Source: Epithemia pelagica (lineage: Eukaryota; Protista; Bacillariophyta). Taken from it: 64,000 nt of DNA. The translations under genes and the position numbers were made by a program. The notes below the pieces were generated by a model. It made no database searches. It was not told the DNA's origin and was given only the letters and a program-made list of their open reading frames with translations. This document shows, one piece after another, positions 56,119 to 64,000 of the stretch. The first letter of the stretch is position 1. The number at the start of each line of letters is the position of its first letter. The stretch is from NCBI GenBank assembly GCA_946965045.2, contig OX337236.1, positions 124,001-188,000 of the forward strand. Direction: 5' to 3'.

Positions 56119-58836
56119 ATGGTGTTATTGTTGGGAGGACAACCAAGATTCCTGATGGTTCGCAGTGTCTGTTTCTGGTGGATTGCCCTGATTGTCACTG
56201 GCACGGAGGGATCCTCCTTCGTGCGAGCGCCCGTACAACGAGGCCAGAACCAAACCATTCGTATAACGTCCCGAATGAAAGCTACCACCACCAGCAACGA
56301 AAACGACAAGAACACTGTGCTGCAAGACTCGACAACGACCAGGACCACCACCACCACCACCACCGTCTTACCGGTGGGTGACGTGAATGTGTTGGTGGTG
56401 ACTGATGTCCATTCGTGGGTAGCCGGTCACAATGTCCAACACGAACCGTACTGGAATGTCGATTATGGCACCCTGCTCAGTTTCTATGAAACCTTGCAAG
56501 CGCAAATTCCCAATCTTGTCTTGGTCATGAATGGGGATTTTATGGATGGGACCGGGTTGGGCTTGCACGTCGAGCGGTTGTTTCCCATTTTGGAACGCAT
56601 GCCCTTTAGTGCGTTGAATTTGGGCAATCATGAAGTCTTGCGCAATGACCATTTGCAAGCCATGCGAGACAAGGGCTTTCTCGATCATTGGCAAGGCACC
56701 TATCTCACCTCCAATACCCTTTGGACCGATACGAGACGTCCCATTGGTCATCGCTATACCTACCTCACAGTTCCACAATCACAATCATCACAACAACAAT
56801 CACCAACATCCTCGTCGTCGTCCTCGTCATCGTCACGTTCCCGAACCGTGCTTGTCTTTGGGTTCTTGTACAATATGAAAAATTCCTGCTCGGCGGCTAC
56901 TGTGGAACGTGTCCAAGATGTGGTTCAACAAGAATGGTTTCGAACGGTCCTCTTGGCGGATCAAGAACAAGAGGCAGTCTTATCGTCCTCGTCGTCTTCG
57001 GACACCACCACCACCACACCCTTGGTTCGTCCCTACCATGCCATTTTGGTCTTGGCGCACATGGACTATCAAGACCCATTGTTGGACGTGATTCGAAGGG
57101 CCATTCGAACCATTACCCAAAATGACCAAGTGCCCATTCAATTTTTAGCGGGTCATTCGCAAGTGCGAGGTCACGCCGTCCTGGATGAATGGTCTACCGT
57201 CGTGGAAGCCGGACATTTTCTCGATACCATTGGTTTTGTCAGCTTTCCGACCCTGTCGTCACCCATCACCACAAACAACAAGAACCACACGGTCCAACAA
57301 CAACAAGAACTGCTGGAGGACGAGGACGACACTGTCCCTGACGTGGATGAGGAACAATCCTTGGATAGTAATACTACCATGGCAAACGACCCGTCTCTCG
57401 GTACCAACACGAAATTTCGTCATGTCTTTTTGGATGCGAATGAACAAGTCTTGAGAAATGCCTTGTTTGGAGGCAGTGGTGTTGATGGCGATTTGGATAG
57501 CAGCAGCAACAACACCAAAACGGCGAATGGCACAAGTGTGTCCTCGACCGATTTTAGTACAGGTCGCGGACGAGCCTTGTCCCATTTCATTCAGGGAACA
57601 CGTTTGTCCATGGGTTTGACGCAAATTGTGGGTTGTTCGGGTGGACCCTATTCCTTGAGTTTACCGCTCGACGACCCACGATCCTTGTGGGGACTCTATG
57701 TCCGGGAAGTCCTTCCGCACGCCTTGCAAAACAATCGTTCTCGCATCTTGGTCCAACGCACTCGAGGGAGTTTGCGCTACGATTTGTTTACCGGACCCAT
57801 TACCGTCGATGATGCGATTGCCATTAGTCCCATGCACGATCGGATTGTCCGTGTGTTGGATCGTGTGGAAACACTCGAGTTGTTGACCTTGTTGCACAAA
57901 CTCCAAGTCTCGGCCCCCGATGATTTATATCCGCACTTGCCCCGCTATGCCATTGCGCCTTGGCCGCATCCCTTGCATGGACGACCCTTGCATACCTTTG
58001 AATTGTATACCATGGAAAGCAATTGGCCGGCCATTCAACAAGCGTTGATGGATTTGTCGCAAGTGGACAATTCGTCATGGTTTGCCACGGATTGGACCAC
58101 CTTTTCACCCTCCCTCTATCGGGGAGGCAAAAAGGGCAAGACCATTCAAACCTCTCATGGAGTATGGGTGGACTTTTTTCGAGACAAGTGGCCATGCCAG
58201 TTTCCAAATCACGACGGCATTCAAAACAGCAATAACAATCGAGATGACAAATTCAATCAACAACTCTTGATTTGGCTCTGTGTCTTGACGGCCCTCATGG
58301 GTGTAGCTCATTATTATTCCTGGCTCTATCAACATCATCATCCTCAAGATCCATCTAATCACGAAGCCTTTCGAACCACGGAACGATCTCGCAATTACAT
58401 TCGCATGGCCGGTGTCACGGCCCGACGACGACGACACCATCATCCTCATCATCATTACTACAACAACAACAACAATTCCAAAAAGACACCTTCTCCACCC
58501 CCCGGGTGGAAACGATTGCAGGTACCATCGCCAATGGCATCCTCGACACAAAACGAACAAGGATCCGTCGTGCAGGCCGACAAGGAACAAGAGTTTCATC
58601 ATCACCACGGCGGCACTCTTCCTGCATCGTCGTCCTTGTCGTCGTCCTCCTCTCGATCTCCATCTCCCACCCACAAATCGCGACGACATCGTACCAAAAC
58701 AAACAAGGGTCGATCCTCTTCGTGTTTCAACGCCAATGAAACGACAGTCTTGTTACAAGCACTTTCCCGAGAGGATGACCATCGACCCTCCTCGCGGAGG
58801 TTGTACCATGCCACGGACGAAACGAGAAACTCCTAA
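56119..58836 (+). CDS. Calcineurin-like metallophosphoesterase / 5'-nucleotidase family, signal peptide plus C-terminal TM
   Basis: TDVHSW, NGDFMDG, GNHE, LAHM, AGHS motifs; hydrophobic LLIWLCVLTALMGV. Confidence 0.85.
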   Translation: MVLLLGGQPRFLMVRSVCFWWIALIVTGTEGSSFVRAPVQRGQNQTIRITSRMKATTTSNENDKNTVLQDSTTTRTTTTTTTVLPVGDVNVLVVTDVHSWVAGHNVQHEPYWNVDYGTLLSFYETLQAQIPNLVLVMNGDFMDGTGLGLHVERLFPILERMPFSALNLGNHEVLRNDHLQAMRDKGFLDHWQGTYLTSNTLWTDTRRPIGHRYTYLTVPQSQSSQQQSPTSSSSSSSSSRSRTVLVFGFLYNMKNSCSAATVERVQDVVQQEWFRTVLLADQEQEAVLSSSSSSDTTTTTPLVRPYHAILVLAHMDYQDPLLDVIRRAIRTITQNDQVPIQFLAGHSQVRGHAVLDEWSTVVEAGHFLDTIGFVSFPTLSSPITTNNKNHTVQQQQELLEDEDDTVPDVDEEQSLDSNTTMANDPSLGTNTKFRHVFLDANEQVLRNALFGGSGVDGDLDSSSNNTKTANGTSVSSTDFSTGRGRALSHFIQGTRLSMGLTQIVGCSGGPYSLSLPLDDPRSLWGLYVREVLPHALQNNRSRILVQRTRGSLRYDLFTGPITVDDAIAISPMHDRIVRVLDRVETLELLTLLHKLQVSAPDDLYPHLPRYAIAPWPHPLHGRPLHTFELYTMESNWPAIQQALMDLSQVDNSSWFATDWTTFSPSLYRGGKKGKTIQTSHGVWVDFFRDKWPCQFPNHDGIQNSNNNRDDKFNQQLLIWLCVLTALMGVAHYYSWLYQHHHPQDPSNHEAFRTTERSRNYIRMAGVTARRRRHHHPHHHYYNNNNNSKKTPSPPPGWKRLQVPSPMASSTQNEQGSVVQADKEQEFHHHHGGTLPASSSLSSSSSRSPSPTHKSRRHRTKTNKGRSSSCFNANETTVLLQALSREDDHRPSSRRLYHATDETRNS

Positions 58837-59066
58837 GGAGCAATCCATCCGAATCAAAGCTCACACTTTTTTTTGCTTTCCACCACACCATGGTGCCGTT
58901 TGTAGAAAACTCTTGTTCTTGTTGCTACTGTTGTTGTTGTTCTTACTAGAATAGATCTTTTCAAGGCTACCTACTCTGCTATTTTCTGTCACAGAATCAC
59001 ATACATGCACCTAATAGGATACTCTTTCTCTGTGGAAAGGACTTCTTGTTTCTTTGTTCCTTAGTA

Positions 59067-60101
59067 TTAGAGTCCTCCTTCCACTGGTTCTTCTTCTTGG
59101 TCGTCATCTTGAAAGTCCAAGGCTTCCTTGTGGTGTATTTGAAGATCAAGGCTGTCACAACGAGACCATCGAGGGCGGCTTCGGCTTGCCACGGAATGAC
59201 AGTCGTATAGGCCACACCCCGTGCCATGAGTGTGGCGCCAAGGGAATACTAAACAAGGCCAAGAGTTCGGCCGTGACCAATGTCTTGATGCGACTGGCCA
59301 ATTTCTCGGTCATGCGTGGCCACTCTCCCGATTGGGCTTGCAAGACACTCCGTTGAATCACCTTGATGGTCACAAAAATCGAGGCGGAAAAGGTAATGCC
59401 CACCAATCCCAGCTTGAGCCAAAAGAGGGGTTTCGTGTTGATAAAAGTCCCACCCCTTACCGTACAGGGTGACACGCAAAAATAGCCGGACACCAAGAGC
59501 GGAATACTATTCAACCCCACACCCACATCGGCCATGGTAAAGAGTTGTTGTTCGTCATCGGACATGTCCGGTTTGATCAAGGACCGTTCCAACGACAAGA
59601 GTGCCGCCATGCCCAAAAGGGAAAAATAATGCACATAGGCCGCAATGGCACTGGCAATCACATTTGCACCACCGGATGTGGTGGTGGTTGCCGCCAGGGC
59701 CATTTCCGGAACGATGGTCATGAATGCAGTCCCTCCGAATAGTATGAATAAAGCACCAAGAGACCCAACAACTGTCAAGTCAGAATGCTCGTCCACCCAT
59801 CTCGTTGTTGGGGAAGTGATGGTCTTTTAATCATTATCATCACCGTCCATGGAATGTCGGCTCATGTTCGGCTTGTTATTATCATTGTCATGGTTGATTG
59901 GCAGAGATGAGAGTCCATGCGTCCAAGTACTCCTTGGTCGTATGAAAAGGATGGATCGTTTTCCTCCTCGTGGTGTCGTTTGGAGAGTGGTTTGGGGCGG
60001 TGTAAAGGCGTGTGCACTACTACCACTAAATCATTCCAAGAAGGCCCACCACCCAGAAGGAACACAGCAACAGCAAGAGAATGCAACAATACCCGATTCA
60101 T
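59067..60101 (-). pseudogene. DUF2214-type membrane protein with plastid-type leader, several frame breaks
   Basis: AYVHY, ERSLI, RVTLYGKGWDFYQHE, PLFWLK, ATLMARGV spread over three frames; in-frame TAA at 59828-59830. Confidence 0.7.
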
Positions 60102-60370
60102 GACAAACGGTCTCACACAAAACGTAGATGCTATACTACGAATCGATGGTTGGTTTGGTTCTTGACGTCAACGATGATGATCGATATTTCAAAATTGGAT
60201 CTTTGGGAGTGATGGGTCGCGGATATTAAGCATGACAGATCATAGGATGCCAACATCGATCTTTTTGTGCTCTCTCGATCCTCTCTCTCTCGACCAAACA
60301 TCCCAGTTCCCATACTTCTATTATCCATCCAAAATCCAAACTGTCCTACTGGTCTACCGTCTCTCCAAGA

Positions 60371-60898
60371 ATGCGTCGAGGCACTGCTTTGTTTCTGGAG
60401 GCAAGAGTCCTATTACTACTATGGATTCCAATCCTCGGTTGCCAATGCTTTCATCCTGTTCCTCCTCCCCGAATGATAACGAATGGTGGGTTCCAGGGTG
60501 GTGGTGGTGGTCCCTTCCGATACGTGTCGTCGTCGTCGTCATTGTCATGGTCGAATCGGTCACCACTCGCTGGATGGAATGGTCCTTCTCGTCGTCACTA
60601 CACTTGTCCCACGGAATTGTACGGCTCGGATGATGACGATGATGGGTGGATCGATGATACTAGTACGGACAACGGCAAGGGGACTTTGGAGAAGGATGCA
60701 CTCTTGAAACGGTCCGCCAAAGACCAAAGAAGGGATCAATCGATACAATCACCACCACGAGAAGCCGAAACAGAAGAACGAGATTTGTTTATTCCCATTT
60801 TTACACTCGTATCATTGGCGGGCTTGTTTGGAGCCTACGGATACGAAATGCTTCGACTCTATTTGCGAGGAGAACTCTACCTGCCCTGGAATTCCTAG
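60371..60898 (+). CDS. Small putative plastid-targeted membrane protein
   Basis: Signal-like start ending GCQC-F; C-terminal RDLFIPIFTLVSLAGLFGAYGYEMLRLY..GELYLPW helix. Confidence 0.6.
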   Translation: MRRGTALFLEARVLLLLWIPILGCQCFHPVPPPRMITNGGFQGGGGGPFRYVSSSSSLSWSNRSPLAGWNGPSRRHYTCPTELYGSDDDDDGWIDDTSTDNGKGTLEKDALLKRSAKDQRRDQSIQSPPREAETEERDLFIPIFTLVSLAGLFGAYGYEMLRLYLRGELYLPWNS

Positions 60899-61183
60899 AG
60901 TCAGTACTATATTCTAGAAGACAGGTTATCGATTCATACTCCAGTAGGTGTTCGGACCACGAGGAGAAGCTAAAGAGTCGAGCTCGTTTCCACCGACGTT
61001 TATAGCCCTTTACTTCCCAGAATAATGGCCGCGACCAGAAGGAGAGTCTCTGTCATGATGTTGGCATGTGGAAATGATCCATTGCTCATTGTTGTGTATC
61101 ATGAATGATGGACCCTCTCTCTCTCTCTCTCATTTGCTTTGGCGTTTGGATACTATGCTGTTGTCCGTGCTGTAATACGGTCG

Positions 61184-62596
61184 TCACTGTTTGGTTGTCG
61201 TCGTAGAAGTAGTAGTGGAAGATGATGACAAGAGGCAATTCCCATTGGCACATAAGTGTTGCAGTCCCACGAGATGCGGATTTGTCCTGTTGTTCTTGTT
61301 GCTTTTGGTATTCTTATTCTGGTCCAACAACCATTCCGAACTGGGCAACAAGAGAGGTGTCCCTTGCAGTTCTCGCAAGGTGAGTTGATTGGCTCGTTTC
61401 TTCCAGTCATTACTGTCCGTGTCATTGTTGTTGGCGGGAATCCAGTGCGAAAAGAATTCCAACCCCGTGGCGGCTTCCAAATCCGTCCAACAGACGAGAA
61501 ACTGTGCCAGCGACGACGGTTTCTTCTTCTTCTTCTTGTTAGGCTGATTGTTCTTGTTGTTGTAATTCTTGTTGGTGTTGCTGTCGTCGTCGGTCCATGT
61601 TTGGGGATCGCTATTGGCAAGCACAAAACAAGCAAAGGCGAGAATCTGGGGAATGGAGTCCTGTCGTATTAGTTTCTCGTCGTCGTCATCCTCCTTGTCT
61701 TCTTGCACAATGAGCACCAGTTTGAAAAAGTGTGTGGGCACATCCACTGTTTGTGGAGGATCTCCCAAGGCAAAATGTCCATATTGAAATTTTTGAGGAC
61801 CCACGGGTCGTTTCGGCAACCACAGAGGACCAGTAACGACATAGGTGGCACAAATCTTGTTGTTCTTCTTGTTGTTGTTGGCGTGAGGATGATCATGGGT
61901 CGGTACGTTGATCCATTGCTCGGGGTGTTGGGCGACCCGTCGCGTCCAAGCCTCGAGTTGCGCCCAAATGGTTCGATTCAAGATGGAATTTTGCGGACAC
62001 GTGTTGGTCAAGCAAAAGGATTGGACAAAGTCCGAGTCGTTGTCGTCGTGAAAATCGGCCGCCGGTGCCATGTGACCCCGATCGTATTCCGTCCCTTGAT
62101 AATGCGCATTGCGACTTTGAAAGAGGGGCGACAAGGACGGTTCGGCAAAAAAGCGCGGTCGTTGTCGTTGTCGTTTGGTGTTGCCCCCATCTTGTTCTTT
62201 GCTGGGTGCCACCAACCGTTCCAGTACATAGACTGGGTTGCGCGTTCGAGTATCGTAGGCCACTTGAAAGTTGGGACTGTAGGAAAAGATGCGAATGGGA
62301 GATGTGGGTGCGGCCCACGACAATCCAGATGGAGTAGGGTTCAATCTGGTTGTAACCTTCTTGTCGTCGTCGTCGTCCTTGTTCGTTTCAGGGTGGGCTG
62401 GCCTTGTCTTCTTGTTTGTGTCAACCTCCTTTTTGTTATTCCAAAAGAGTTGGACGCGTTGTGAAGACGACAGAGATCCATTAGCTGCGACGACCATGCC
62501 AACCGGCAACAACACCCCTACTGCAAAGGACGACGTCCATTCCCAGTGGCGGCGAGAAGAGCGAGCCCAACGGAACCATCCCCCTGGATGACTCAT
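61184..62596 (-). CDS. ENDOG: DNA/RNA non-specific endonuclease (EndoG/NUC1 family)
   Basis: YDTRTRNPVYV, YDRGHMAPAAD, LTNTCPQ, LNRTIWAQLE, VTGPLWLP, VPTHFFK. Confidence 0.92.
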   Translation of the reverse strand: MSHPGGWFRWARSSRRHWEWTSSFAVGVLLPVGMVVAANGSLSSSQRVQLFWNNKKEVDTNKKTRPAHPETNKDDDDDKKVTTRLNPTPSGLSWAAPTSPIRIFSYSPNFQVAYDTRTRNPVYVLERLVAPSKEQDGGNTKRQRQRPRFFAEPSLSPLFQSRNAHYQGTEYDRGHMAPAADFHDDNDSDFVQSFCLTNTCPQNSILNRTIWAQLEAWTRRVAQHPEQWINVPTHDHPHANNNKKNNKICATYVVTGPLWLPKRPVGPQKFQYGHFALGDPPQTVDVPTHFFKLVLIVQEDKEDDDDEKLIRQDSIPQILAFACFVLANSDPQTWTDDDSNTNKNYNNKNNQPNKKKKKKPSSLAQFLVCWTDLEAATGLEFFSHWIPANNNDTDSNDWKKRANQLTLRELQGTPLLLPSSEWLLDQNKNTKSNKNNRTNPHLVGLQHLCANGNCLLSSSSTTTSTTTTKQ

Positions 62597-62799
62597 TCTG
62601 TGCTGTTGTTAGTATGATCGTCCATGCCTGCCACAATCGTTTGTTGCAGATGCACGCAACAAACCCAACAAGAGAACACAGCGTACCTTGGTGACTCTAT
62701 GTAGTATGATCGAGAATCGAGAAAACAACACCACACAATATCACTGATTCTGCCCTTCACTCTTTGGCCACGCGCGCTGGTTACACGTGGAAACTGCGC

Positions 62800-63030
62800 G
62801 AAAGAGCCGCGAAAATCTGGAGTTGGCAGATTCGAGCAGATCTGCCGCAGATTAACACGGGCTATCGCGTGAAGACGACGTCGCAAAAATGTCGTCGCGA
62901 AAATGTCGTCGCGAAATCCGGTTGGCAGATTTGAGCAGATCTGCCACGGGCTATCCTGTGAAGACGACGTCGCGAAAATGTCGCGAAAATGTCGTCGCGA
63001 AAATCTGGAGTTGGCAGATCGCAGATAAAT
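62800..63030. repeat. CpG-rich cluster of short repeats between the divergent ENDOG and HDAC genes
   Basis: Multiple GTCGCGAAAAT, two GAAGACGACGTCGC, two AAAATCTGGAGTTGGCAGAT and GCAGATCTGC palindromes. Confidence 0.75.
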
Positions 63031-63184
63031 ACGTCCGTCTCAAGCGCAGAAAAGTTTCGTGACACCCATCAAGATCCAACGATGATAGGAGAGCAGATCT
63101 TTTGCTCTTCTCTCTCTCGTCGTATGATATATAGAGTGTTTACACAACACAAACCAACTTGCAGCAAGCTCTATGCACGGCTGA

Positions 63185-63830
63185 CCACTACACTACGAAT
63201 TGTTTTCTCATTCGATTCGTCGCTCGCAATCGTCGGTATCCTTTTCCATATGGTTCTTTTTATTGCTACGGTGGTTCGATCCAACTCTGTACAGCCGTTC
63301 TTTGGGTGCAGTTGCTCAAGCCTTGTCCCTGTCCACCACGAGCAGCAGCAGCAGAAGTACAAGGGTCTATTTTGACTCTTCTAATGCACTTCATCGTGAT
63401 TTACGCTATCATCCCGAACAACCCGAACGCATTACAGCAACGATACGAACTCTCTGTCACGACACGGTGCTCCATGACAAGGCACCATTCTTGGAACTCA
63501 TTGATGTCGCTGACGAACCACAGGATTTGCTGATTCAGGATGGCACGTCGTCGTCGTCTGTGTCGATTCAAGGTCAACCCTTTACTCGCGAAGAACTGGA
63601 CCATGCCAAACACGTGCTTGGTCAAACGCATTCGACCGACTTTGTTGCACGACTGGAACTCCAGTGTCAAGAGGCTCTACAACGTCGTCGAGAACAGGGC
63701 AAAGAAGACCTCTTGGGTCACATGGGCTACATCGATGGAGGCGATACCTATTGGACCACGTATAGTTTTGCCGTCTGTTTGCGTGCCACGGCCACGTGGA
63801 TTCGAGCCCTCGATCAACTCCTTCTCGATC

Positions 63831-63892
<62 letters not shown>

Positions 63893-64000
63893 CCACCACC
63901 ACGTGATTCACCACCACAACAACGGATTCCCACAGCCATGGCCTTGACACGTCCTCCGGGTCATCATGCCATGCAACAAGATTCCAATGGCTTTTGTCTC
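63185..64000 (+). CDS. Histone deacetylase family protein (class II/HDA14-like), runs off the window; start unresolved
   Basis: Frame absent from the ORF track: LRYHPEQPERI, DGGDTYW, poly-Q, ALTRPPGHHA..SNGFCL. Confidence 0.88.
63830..63892 (+). repeat. (CAA)21 microsatellite encoding poly-Gln in the HDAC
   Basis: Perfect CAA run in the HDAC frame. Confidence 0.9.

Noticed and set aside
62800-63030. CRISPR-like array (here or in other tandem repeats)
   Set aside because: No regular repeat-spacer period, no cas genes, eukaryotic context
63540-63947. Poly-Asn, poly-Val and poly-Leu ORFs
   Set aside because: Alternative frames of the CAA tract; the real frame is the HDAC

Overview
Eukaryotic DNA with GT-AG introns, CoDi-type Ty1/copia elements and bipartite plastid-type leaders, most consistent with a diatom (inference from sequence style; no species assignment). 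1-44 kb is a nest of transposable elements and rearrangements. A copia element (gag/pol 769-6288) is interrupted twice by pieces of a tyrosine-recombinase (Ngaro-like, split-direct-repeat) retrotransposon. Next come a shuffled repeat mosaic with a MITE and a CpG-poor relic, then a young copia (22976-28924, ACTTC TSD) whose PBS looks self-priming. A 6.9-kb hAT element (31743-38654) carries an Endonuclease III-like DNA glycosylase gene. An 11.4-kb insert flanked by a 645-bp duplication creates a chimeric gene fusing the RRF mitochondrial-type leader to a Crinkler/RHS-type ATPase-nuclease. 44-64 kb is gene-dense host DNA: PLAC8, ACY1, IMPDH, PPR-like, metallophosphoesterase, broken DUF2214, EndoG and a partial HDAC. 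Several reading-frame breaks sit in homopolymers and may be assembly errors. The best novelty candidates are the glycosylase-carrying hAT, the RRF-leader/CR-toxin chimera, the self-priming copia and the separated A-B tail of the YR element.
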